Assembly (NCBI GenBank): GCA_963846655.1
Contig: CAWJWT010000012.1
Coordinates: 32,341 to 96,340, forward strand
Direction: 5' to 3'
DNA: 64,000 nucleotides
Source: an uncultured beta proteobacterium
Lineage (GTDB): Bacteria > Pseudomonadota > Gammaproteobacteria > Burkholderiales > JACQAP01
Of this stretch, positions 10,934 through 19,052 are shown in pieces (position 1 is the stretch's first letter; each line of letters opens with the position of its first letter). A model generated the notes under the pieces. It saw only the letters and a program-made list of their open reading frames with translations, did no database searches and had not been told where the DNA came from. Both the position numbers and the translations under genes were made by a program.

Positions 10934-12529
10934 TCAGTTACGGAAAGGATGGTACTGGTACGCCCAGGTTTCGCTCAGTGTTTCATCGGCGTTTCTCAGG
11001 TAAAGCCTGATCTCCACGGGGGCGGCGCCCGTGGCCGTGAGATCGAATTGCGCGCGCCAGTGTCCCGGCACGTCGTCCGGCACGGCCTCGGTGAACACGT
11101 ACGAGAATTCCCCGCGCGAGGCCGACAGCACTGCCTCGGGCTTGGTGCCGAACGGCAACTTTGCCAGCGATGCGCCCAGGAATTCGACCATGAACTTGCG
11201 CACGCCCTGCGGCCGCGGCAGGCCCGGAACTCCGCCGTTACCAAGGCGTGTCGCGACACAGCGTGCCAGGCGTGCATCGATGGCCGGCTCATCCGCGCTC
11301 CAGTGCAATCGATAGCTGAACCTGAACGACCCGCCTGCCCGGGCCGCTTCGGCCGGCACCCACATGGCATTGATGTTGTCGTGGATCTCGTCGTCGGTGG
11401 GCATCTCCACAAGTTGCACCGCGCCGCGCTCAAACCCCGACAGCGGCTCGACCCACAGTGTCGGACGCAAGTCATAGCGCACGCCATCCAGATAATGATC
11501 GAACACGCGGTCGCGCTGCGACAGGCCGAAGCCGCGCGGTCGAACGTCGGCAAACGACGACACCGTTATCGCTGGCGGATTGTTGAGCGGGCGCCAGATG
11601 CGCTCGCCGTTGCCCGTCCACATTGCCAGCCCATCCGAATCATGCAGCTCGGGGCGCCAGTCCACTGCGGTGGGCTTCACGCCCTCCCCGAACCAGTACA
11701 TCGACGTGACGGGTGCCAGGCCCAGGCGCGCGATATTCCGGCGCAGGAAAATGGCGGCCTCGATGTCCATCTGCACCGCACGCTCGCGCCGCAGGGCAAA
11801 ACGGTAGGCGCCCGTTACCGATGGCCCGTCGAGCAGCGCGTAGACGAATATTCTGTCTGAATCGGCATCCGACTCGATCCAGAACTCGGTGAAATCCGGA
11901 AATTCCTCGGTAAAGGGCGCTTCGGGATTCGCGACGTTGACGGCGAGACCGCGCGCCGACAGGCCGTACTGATACAGCTCGCCGATCGCCCGGAAATAAG
12001 AGGCGCCCAGAAACGCGACCCAGTCGTTTTTTTGCCAGTCCAGTTCTCCCTCGCGGCTTTCCTGGATCCGGAAGCCGGCAAACCCGGCGCCTTCGGGCAA
12101 CTGGCGGGCCACGGAATCGGGCGGCATGTCGAAATACTCAGCGCGATAAATGATTTCCCGCGCACGCCCGTTTTCCAGCGAATGCATTTTCACGGCCTTC
12201 TGGAAAAAGGCGCCGAGATGGAAGAACGTGAGCGGAAACTTGCCGGGCCCGTCGGCGCCCAGTGCCGATTCGGCGCGGAACTTGATCTGTCCATGCGCTG
12301 CGTAATCGATTTTCGCAGTGACTTCCGGCGCCGGTCGCGGCGGCGGCACGTAGGCCGCCCGCGACATCGTCTGTGCGCGCTGCTGGAGCGAATCGAACGA
12401 GAACGGCCGGGGGGCGCCAAATTTCAGCAAAGACGCCGCGTGGGAGCGCGCCGGCAAACCTGTGAGCGTCAGGACCCAGGCGGCGCCCAGCGCGCGCACG
12501 AACGCGCGGCGAGTGGTATCGATGTTCAT
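10934..12529 (-). CDS. opgD: periplasmic glucan biosynthesis protein (OpgD/MdoD type, Tat signal)
   Basis: The ORF is 10934..12706. The preferred start is MNIDTTRRAFVRALGAAWVL (twin-arginine signal) at 12529. It shows MdoG/MdoD-family length and features. Confidence 0.8.
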   Translation of the reverse strand: MNIDTTRRAFVRALGAAWVLTLTGLPARSHAASLLKFGAPRPFSFDSLQQRAQTMSRAAYVPPPRPAPEVTAKIDYAAHGQIKFRAESALGADGPGKFPLTFFHLGAFFQKAVKMHSLENGRAREIIYRAEYFDMPPDSVARQLPEGAGFAGFRIQESREGELDWQKNDWVAFLGASYFRAIGELYQYGLSARGLAVNVANPEAPFTEEFPDFTEFWIESDADSDRIFVYALLDGPSVTGAYRFALRRERAVQMDIEAAIFLRRNIARLGLAPVTSMYWFGEGVKPTAVDWRPELHDSDGLAMWTGNGERIWRPLNNPPAITVSSFADVRPRGFGLSQRDRVFDHYLDGVRYDLRPTLWVEPLSGFERGAVQLVEMPTDDEIHDNINAMWVPAEAARAGGSFRFSYRLHWSADEPAIDARLARCVATRLGNGGVPGLPRPQGVRKFMVEFLGASLAKLPFGTKPEAVLSASRGEFSYVFTEAVPDDVPGHWRAQFDLTATGAAPVEIRLYLRNADETLSETWAYQYHPFRN

Positions 12530-12624
12530 CGGGAAAGAAAAGGGGCGGGCGAGATTCGTCGTTAGAGGCGCGCTTCGCCAGAATGGTTCAGCCGCGCACT
12601 CTAACTCGCGCAAGCCAGTGTGCG

Positions 12625-13830
12625 TCAGTACGCGGCGATGTAAACGCCGCCCAGCGCCGCTGCGAGCATCAGCGCGATGAGCACGCGCAGTTCCAGATCG
12701 CGCCACATGCGCACCAGGAAGTTTGCGGGCCGTGGCGATGCGACAAGCGCGGCGTGATCCTTCTTGTCCGGATCGGTCAGGCGCCGAAGCGCTTCGGCGG
12801 AATCGAAAACCTGCGACACCGCGAGCCGCGTGTTGGCGTCCACGATGATGCTCTGCGGTTTGCCCGCTCGGACTCTCATGTCAGCGGCCGGCAGCGTTTC
12901 GTCGCTGTCGACGGCCGGCATGACTTCAGTCGCATCTTCGTTGCCGGCCGTGCCGCCCGACGGGCGTTCCAGGCGCTGTGTGGTCTCGGTCTCGACATGT
13001 GCGATACCGAGTTCGTTCAGGCAGGCACGCAGGTCGGCGGCGAACTCGTGTGCATCCTGATAGCGCTCGTCGGGATCCTTTTCGAGCGCTCGCGCCGCCA
13101 CCAGATCGAGCATGGCGGGAACCTGGCGGTTGATGCGGCTGGGTGGCACCGGTCGCACCTGGGACACGTTGTACATGATCTCGGTTGCGTCGTTGCCGGC
13201 AAAAAGCTTGGTGCCGGTGAGCAGTTCGTAGAGCACCGTGCCCAGCGAAAAGATATCCGAACGTTGATCGACCGGGCGGCCCGCCACTTGTTCCGGCGAC
13301 ATGTAGCGCGGTGTTCCCAGCATCATGCCGGTTTCCGTCTTGAGATCCGAAGAGCGCATGCGCGCGATGCCGAAATCCATGATCTTCACGCGCCCGCCGC
13401 CGACCAGCATGATGTTGGGCGGCTTGATATCCCGGTGCACCACGCCGCGATCGTGCGCGAACGACAATGCGTCGGCAACGCGCTCCGCGATGCCGACGGC
13501 TTCCGCCACGGAAAACCGGCGCGATGCGGCCTGGGTGCCCAGATCCACGCCTTCGAGCAACTCCATGGCCATGTACACCATGCCGCCTTCGCGGCCTACA
13601 TCGTAGATGGTCACGATGCCCGGATGCGCGAGCTTGCCCGCAGCCCGGGCTTCCTGCGTGAAGCGCGCTTCGTATTCCTTGCGGTCCGTATCGTCGGCCG
13701 GCACGAACACGGTCTTGATCGCAAGCTGGCGGTCGAGCACCGGATCGTGGGCGCGGTACACCACGCCCATGGCCCCGCGGCCGAGCTCACCCATAATCCG
13801 GTAACGCCCGAGTTGTGTCGCTTCGTTCAC
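12625..13830 (-). CDS. Ser/Thr protein kinase, C-terminally membrane anchored
   Basis: 401 aa with Hanks kinase motifs (GRGAMGVVYRA, AIK, HRDIKPPN, DFGIA, SPEQ). The last 20 residues are hydrophobic. The GTG start overlaps the upstream stop (GTGA). Confidence 0.9.
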   Translation of the reverse strand: MNEATQLGRYRIMGELGRGAMGVVYRAHDPVLDRQLAIKTVFVPADDTDRKEYEARFTQEARAAGKLAHPGIVTIYDVGREGGMVYMAMELLEGVDLGTQAASRRFSVAEAVGIAERVADALSFAHDRGVVHRDIKPPNIMLVGGGRVKIMDFGIARMRSSDLKTETGMMLGTPRYMSPEQVAGRPVDQRSDIFSLGTVLYELLTGTKLFAGNDATEIMYNVSQVRPVPPSRINRQVPAMLDLVAARALEKDPDERYQDAHEFAADLRACLNELGIAHVETETTQRLERPSGGTAGNEDATEVMPAVDSDETLPAADMRVRAGKPQSIIVDANTRLAVSQVFDSAEALRRLTDPDKKDHAALVASPRPANFLVRMWRDLELRVLIALMLAAALGGVYIAAY

Positions 13831-14954
13831 GGCAGCACCCAGTCGCGCAAGCGGTGAAGAACGCTCTTGCGGTTGCCTTCGGGCGAGAAGTCGTACGCGA
13901 GCGTCGTCGTGCGGCCGGGCTGCAAATCGACCGTGGTGCGAAAAGGAATCTCTCCCCTGCGCCGGAATTCCACCATGTGCAGGCCCGGTTCAAGCGTGAG
14001 GTGGCCCAGCGGTGGGCTTTTACCTCGGGCCACGCCGTCGACGAAGACGTCGCGCTCCGGATGCAGTTCGAACGCCAGGGTGGCCGGTTGCCCCGCTCGC
14101 AGCGCGAGCCGGATGGAATCGTGGTATCGCGTCTCGGTGGCAAAAATGCCGATCACCACCAGCGCACCGATGACCGCCAGAATCTTGCGACGCCGCAAGG
14201 CAGCAGCCTTGTCCGGCGCAAACAACTCGTGCGTGCGCACGTTGGCATCGGTAAAGATGCCCGCTGGCCGAATGGACACCGCGCGCGCCGGAGCGGACTC
14301 AGCGAGCGCTTCGCGAAAAGAGCGCGAAACGAACAATCGCGCTGGCCCTGCAAAATGCGCGATCGCCGCAGCGGTGCCGACCGCATCGCCAATGAGTCCC
14401 TGCTGACCGCTGGCGTCCGCAGCGAGCCGGATGGCGCCGTGATTGATGGCCACCGCCATCGACACGCCGGCGGCCGCCGCACTCATGCAACGTTGCGCGA
14501 TATCGAGCGCGGCGACCGGATTGCCCAGCACGGCGATTGCCATGCCGTCCGGCGCATCGAGAACTATGCGCATTCGCGGCGGGATCCGGATCAACGCCAC
14601 CGCCAGTGCGGCTTCCAGTTGGGCGCGCAGCCGCGCTTGTTCCGCGACCGGCCGCCGTGCGAACTCCGTGAAGCGGATGAAAACGACGCTGGCCAAAACG
14701 GGCAGGGACCCAGGAGCGTTCAAATCGACGAGGCGGCAGTTTGGATGCGCGAATTTTACACGCAGCCCCGCTGGACGCCTTCGCCTATTGCGCACGCATC
14801 GTTCGATCTGGCGGTTAAGCACTTGCCGGTTGAGCCGGCACCCGCAGCGCGCATGCCGCATTTTCCTGGTTGCGGCCCGATGGGGTGGGCCGCCGTGCGC
14901 AAAAGTGGTTTGAATAATGCTTAGGTCAAGCCAGGCCGGAGAGCGGAAGGACAT
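13827..14954 (-). CDS. membrane protein with a C-terminal PEGA domain and an unclassified N-terminal domain
   Basis: DVFVDGVARGKSPPLGHLTLEPGLHMVEFRRRG fits the PEGA pattern. One TM helix is present (ILAVIGALVVIGIFA). The true start is uncertain and may lie downstream of 14954. Confidence 0.6.
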   Translation of the reverse strand: MSFRSPAWLDLSIIQTTFAHGGPPHRAATRKMRHARCGCRLNRQVLNRQIERCVRNRRRRPAGLRVKFAHPNCRLVDLNAPGSLPVLASVVFIRFTEFARRPVAEQARLRAQLEAALAVALIRIPPRMRIVLDAPDGMAIAVLGNPVAALDIAQRCMSAAAAGVSMAVAINHGAIRLAADASGQQGLIGDAVGTAAAIAHFAGPARLFVSRSFREALAESAPARAVSIRPAGIFTDANVRTHELFAPDKAAALRRRKILAVIGALVVIGIFATETRYHDSIRLALRAGQPATLAFELHPERDVFVDGVARGKSPPLGHLTLEPGLHMVEFRRRGEIPFRTTVDLQPGRTTTLAYDFSPEGNRKSVLHRLRDWVLP

Positions 14955-14990
14955 CGCATCCGAGGCATTTCACCTCCAACAGGCTTATAT

Positions 14991-15509
14991 ATGTTATTGA
15001 AGATAATGAAAATAGTGGCAACAGTCGGGTTCACGGCCGCGCTTTACGGGGCCCCATGCAACGCGCTGGCTGCCCCCGATCTGCTGGCCCAGTCCAAACG
15101 CCTGGCTGTGCCGGCGCAGGCCTACCCGGAACTGACACAGATCAATAATCGCGTTGCGCAACTGACCGCGCAGTTGGAGGCGAACACCAATCAACTCAAG
15201 GTGTATCGCAAGGCCCGCGTTCGCCCGACGGACCGGCGCTATTCGGCGTTGACGCGTGAATTCAATCAATCGCGGACGCGCCTGGCCGAGATCGAGCGCA
15301 AGCTGGAAAAGGCGCCTTCATTGGATGTGAACCGGTTTCCTGTCCCAAGCGGCGGCGACCGGGGCAGTTCCTCCTCGGACCTGCGTACGCGCGCGATGTC
15401 CGCCGAAATCGGCAAGTACGATCAGGCGAAAGTCGCGCTGCGGCAGAGCCTCAAAGCGCTTTCCGATCACTACGATCGGCAGTTGCGTGAGATTGCCAAA
15501 CTGCGCTAG
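14991..15509 (+). CDS. hypothetical exported coiled-coil protein
   Basis: 172 aa with the signal peptide MLLKIMKIVATVGFTAALYGAPCNALA and a Q/R/L-rich helical remainder. Confidence 0.5.
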   Translation: MLLKIMKIVATVGFTAALYGAPCNALAAPDLLAQSKRLAVPAQAYPELTQINNRVAQLTAQLEANTNQLKVYRKARVRPTDRRYSALTREFNQSRTRLAEIERKLEKAPSLDVNRFPVPSGGDRGSSSSDLRTRAMSAEIGKYDQAKVALRQSLKALSDHYDRQLREIAKLR

Positions 15510-15517
15510 CGCGTTGA

Positions 15518-16123
15518 CTACCGGTCTTCGCGGATTGCCTCGACTGAGATCGTCAGGCGCACGTCGTCGCTGATCATCGTCGAATACTTGTCCAGCCCGA
15601 AGTCCGACCGTTTGAGCACTGCCTGCAAATCGCCCCCGCAGACATAGCGCTCGAGCACCATGATCTTGACTTGCTTGCAAACGAAATGGCGCGCCGTCAG
15701 ATGCACCGGGCGCGTGATGCCGCGCAAGGTCAGTTGGCCGTCGAATTCCCACGGCACCCCCTCCCTGAAGGCCACGGCACGACCGGTGAAATGGGCCGAC
15801 TTGTACCGGGTGACGTGAAAAAACATCTCGTCCACGAGGACCGCGTCGAGTTTTTTCACTCCGGTGTCGATCGAGCGCGGATCGAGTTCCACGTCGATTG
15901 TGGCAAGTTCGTTGGCAGGATCGAGCATCGCTCGTCCGTTACGAATGCCCATGCGGCCGTGCACCGATGAAACGCCCGTGTGCAGGACGGCGAAATGCGC
16001 GAAAGTGTGATCGGGGTCGAGCCGATAGCGCTGCTCGGCCGCGGCAGCCGCTCCGCCGGATAATGCCGCGACCGCCATGCCGGCCACGATCGCCAGACGC
16101 ACCTGAACGAACGTTCTGAACAC
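15518..16123 (-). CDS. YceI family periplasmic protein
   Basis: YceI-like sequence (YRLDPDHTFAHFAVLHTGVSSVHGRM, HFTGRAVAF, GQLTLRGITRPV). The ORF runs to 16264, but a GTG at 16123 gives a normal signal peptide and length. Confidence 0.8.
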   Translation of the reverse strand: MFRTFVQVRLAIVAGMAVAALSGGAAAAAEQRYRLDPDHTFAHFAVLHTGVSSVHGRMGIRNGRAMLDPANELATIDVELDPRSIDTGVKKLDAVLVDEMFFHVTRYKSAHFTGRAVAFREGVPWEFDGQLTLRGITRPVHLTARHFVCKQVKIMVLERYVCGGDLQAVLKRSDFGLDKYSTMISDDVRLTISVEAIREDR

Positions 16124-16207
16124 GCCGCGCGGGGCTCGAACAGGCCGCCCGGCACCGGCCTTCGCCGTTTGGTCGCGCGACTTGCGCGTGTCATGATTCG
16201 CTGCCGC

Positions 16208-16255
16208 GCATCGGCGCAGCGGTTTTTCCAAGGCATCGGCGCAGCGGTTTTTCCA
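16208..16255. repeat. 23-bp perfect direct repeat x2 (25-bp period)
   Basis: GCATCGGCGCAGCGGTTTTTCCA occurs at 16208-16230 and again at 16233-16255. It lies in the divergent intergenic region between the YceI gene and the 16309 gene. Confidence 0.9.
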
Positions 16256-16308
16256 CAAGGTCATAGTTGCCCCCGGCGTGGCGCAAGCACTTCATGAAAG
16301 GAACCGGC

Positions 16309-16665
16309 ATGCATCCGAAAACCCGTTACGTTTTTACCGCAAGCCTCGATGTTGAGCCCGCCCACGAGCAATTGTTCAACGAACTCTACGACCGCGAGCA
16401 TGTGCCGTTTCTGCTAGAGGTACCCGGCGTGCTGGCGGTTACGCGAGTGACCGCCGTGCCAGGTGCCCAGATGCGAATAGACGGACAAAGCAGGGCGCTT
16501 GTTGCCGAAAGTGAGCCGAAATACAGCGCCATTTACGAACTCGAAAGTGCTGACGTACTGCTCAGTGAGGCCTGGGCCACCGCCGTGGACAAAGGCCGCT
16601 GGCCGAAGGAGGTCCGGCCGCATATCCGAGCCCGGCGCCACACGCTCAAGAAAGTACTCACCTGA
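16309..16665 (+). CDS. hypothetical small protein (possibly DUF4286/EthD-like alpha-beta barrel)
   Basis: 118 aa counted from the ATG at 16309, which is preceded by AAAGGA. The family assignment is only an impression. Confidence 0.5.
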   Translation: MHPKTRYVFTASLDVEPAHEQLFNELYDREHVPFLLEVPGVLAVTRVTAVPGAQMRIDGQSRALVAESEPKYSAIYELESADVLLSEAWATAVDKGRWPKEVRPHIRARRHTLKKVLT

Positions 16666-16696
16666 TACCGGTCATACATCGCGGCGTGCTGCGCGG

Positions 16697-18016
16697 CTAC
16701 TTCGGTTTCTTCTTCTGCGCGGGTTTCACAGGCGGCGCGGGTTTCGGCGCCGGTTTCACCAGCGAAGCAGGTCGATTGGCGGCCGGCGCCTGCACTGCAA
16801 TCGTAAAGGTGCTCATTTGCGCGAATACTTCGTTGTCCCGCGGCACCGGCAGTGGCGAAGCCGCGCCGATGGCCCGCCTTGCTTCCTGATCGAAGCGCTC
16901 GTCGCCTGAAGGCCGCAGTGGCAATACGAACATTATTTCTCCGGACCGGCGCAACTGAACCTGGAACTCCGCTACGTGGTCGCCGCCTTCGTTCCATCTG
17001 AGTTGTCCGGTTACGTATTGGCGAATCAGTGTTTCATAAACCCTGCGGATCGCCGCATCGTCGTCGAGGCCGGCAAGCGCGCCTTTCTTTGCAAGCTGGT
17101 CGTGGGTCCGTGCCGCAAGTGAGGGATCGCCCACCTGCTCGTAAAGCGCGAGCCGGCTTGCGAGCGGTTTTCTGGGCGCCACGGCAGGCGCCGCGGTGCC
17201 TGGCAGCGGCGCCGTCGTGGTTTCCGGGAGCGGGGCGCGCGGCTGCGCGAGTTGCTTCTTTCGCGCATCGATGGTGTCCTGTTCCTCGCGCCGCAGGCGT
17301 TCCTGGCGTTCGAAGGCGATTTCCGGCGTAGTCCCGGGCTTGATCCCGCTGCGTTGCCGGAAAAGTTCAGCCGCCGAGAGGCCGGCGCTTGCAATGTGTT
17401 GCGCCGGGATGGCGAAGTTCAGGTTCTGCGAATCCTTCGCAATCAGCGTGGTGATACCGACGAGCCGGGCCTGTTCGTCGAACAGGCCGCCGCCGCTCGA
17501 CCCCGCCGAGAATGGCGCGGTCGTCTGGATGAGCTTCATCCCGCCCCGGGCGTCGCGCAAACCGGAAATGATGCCGGTGCTTAAACTCAGTTCCATGCCG
17601 CGCGGTGAGCCGATGGCGAAGACCGGGGCGCCGATGTGCAGCGAGTCCGGCGGCGCGAATGCCACCGGGTGATCGAAGCCGGGTTTGGGTTGTGCGAGAT
17701 CGAGTTCGCACAAATCCTTGCCGCGCTCGAAATTGACCAGTTGCACGCGCTCGACGATTTTGTCCTCGCGCCGCGACACGACAAAATGCCTGCCGCGCTC
17801 GAGGACATGGCAATTGGTTACGAAGCGACCCGGCGCGATGAGCACCGCGGAGCCTTGTGCCACGACATCCACGACACCGGGCTCATCGCTGGTGACGATG
17901 AGCAGATATACGGCGTTGCGCGCCTGGGTGAACACTTCGGCCGCCGTCAATGCATTCGCGGTACCGCCGAAACCGAGCAGTACGGCAACCGTGAGCGCAT
18001 TGATCAGGCGATACAT
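16697..18016 (-). CDS. exported trypsin-like (S1) serine protease with a TonB-C/TolA-like C-terminal domain and a Pro/Lys-rich tail
   Basis: Signal peptide MYRLINALTVAVLLGFGGTANA. The triad contexts are TNCHVL, DLCELD and GSSGGGLF. The C-terminus reads GGDHVAEFQVQLRRSGEI...FDQEARRAIGAASPLPVP. The ORF extends to 18238, but the start at 18016 fits the signal peptide. Confidence 0.75.
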   Translation of the reverse strand: MYRLINALTVAVLLGFGGTANALTAAEVFTQARNAVYLLIVTSDEPGVVDVVAQGSAVLIAPGRFVTNCHVLERGRHFVVSRREDKIVERVQLVNFERGKDLCELDLAQPKPGFDHPVAFAPPDSLHIGAPVFAIGSPRGMELSLSTGIISGLRDARGGMKLIQTTAPFSAGSSGGGLFDEQARLVGITTLIAKDSQNLNFAIPAQHIASAGLSAAELFRQRSGIKPGTTPEIAFERQERLRREEQDTIDARKKQLAQPRAPLPETTTAPLPGTAAPAVAPRKPLASRLALYEQVGDPSLAARTHDQLAKKGALAGLDDDAAIRRVYETLIRQYVTGQLRWNEGGDHVAEFQVQLRRSGEIMFVLPLRPSGDERFDQEARRAIGAASPLPVPRDNEVFAQMSTFTIAVQAPAANRPASLVKPAPKPAPPVKPAQKKKPK

Positions 18017-18060
18017 GATTGAACTCGTAACAGGCGTTCTAGAGGGGGAGCCCATTCTAC

Positions 18061-18864
18061 TCAGATTTCCAGGATCAACGCCGGATCGAAAAACTTGTTT
18101 TCGAGGGAGACCTGCGGGCGCGTAGCCGCAGGCCACGGTTCGCGCCAGTTGGAGGTCCGGTAGCCCATCGGATTGGCGCGCACGCGCGTGCCGAGGACGT
18201 CGAAGTCGAAACTGTCGTGCGTGTGTCCGTGCAGCCATAATGCGGACTTCCCCATCAGCCGGGTCAGATCGGAAACGAACGCGGGATTGCTCGGATTACC
18301 GGCCCAGCGCGGATGCACGCTGCCCGGATGGGGCGCATGATGCGTGATGACGACCGTCCTGTCGGCCAGCGATCGTTGCAGTCGCGGCTCCAGAAACGCC
18401 AGCGCTTCGCGATGCAGCTCCACGGTTTGTTGCGGCGTAAGCATGCGATCTCCTATGCGAATCTTGCGGAAATCAACCACGGTTTGCAGCGCCTGCGCGA
18501 ACCCGCGATCGATATTGCTCTGTCCGTGCAACGCAAAGTCTGTCCATAACGTACTGCCCAGAAAGCGTATGCCATCGATGACCAGTTCCGTGTTGTCCAG
18601 CAGATGCACATTGGTGCTGCGCCGGGCGCGCGCTGTCAACGCGGCGGCTGCCTCCGGCAGGTCGGCCTCGTAGTATTCGTGATTCCCCGGCACATAGAGC
18701 ACCTGCTGATCGGGGAAAGTCTGTTCGGCCCAGTCGATGGCGCGGGTGCCGTTGTCGATGTCTCCTGCGAGCACCACCACGTCGGCGCCGCTAGCCGGCA
18801 GTTCGAACGGCGGATGCCGATCGGAGTGCTCGAGATGCAGGTCGGATAGCAACTGGATTTTCAT
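18061..18864 (-). CDS. metallophosphoesterase
   Basis: 267 aa with the motifs DLHLEH, GDIDNG, GNHEYY and GHTH. Confidence 0.85.
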   Translation of the reverse strand: MKIQLLSDLHLEHSDRHPPFELPASGADVVVLAGDIDNGTRAIDWAEQTFPDQQVLYVPGNHEYYEADLPEAAAALTARARRSTNVHLLDNTELVIDGIRFLGSTLWTDFALHGQSNIDRGFAQALQTVVDFRKIRIGDRMLTPQQTVELHREALAFLEPRLQRSLADRTVVITHHAPHPGSVHPRWAGNPSNPAFVSDLTRLMGKSALWLHGHTHDSFDFDVLGTRVRANPMGYRTSNWREPWPAATRPQVSLENKFFDPALILEI

Positions 18865-19052
18865 GTTTCAACGGATGCCTGAAGCGTGAACGACACCAGT
18901 CATTCTAGAACTTCCGGCGCACCCCCGAGCGGCCGGCAGGGCTAGCGCAAACAAACGTGCTCCCGGTTGCCGGCCACCGTGACATACTGTTGACTCGCAG
19001 CTGGACCCGGCAACATGTCTGGTTCGTTGCCTTTTGCCCGTCCAGGCACACG

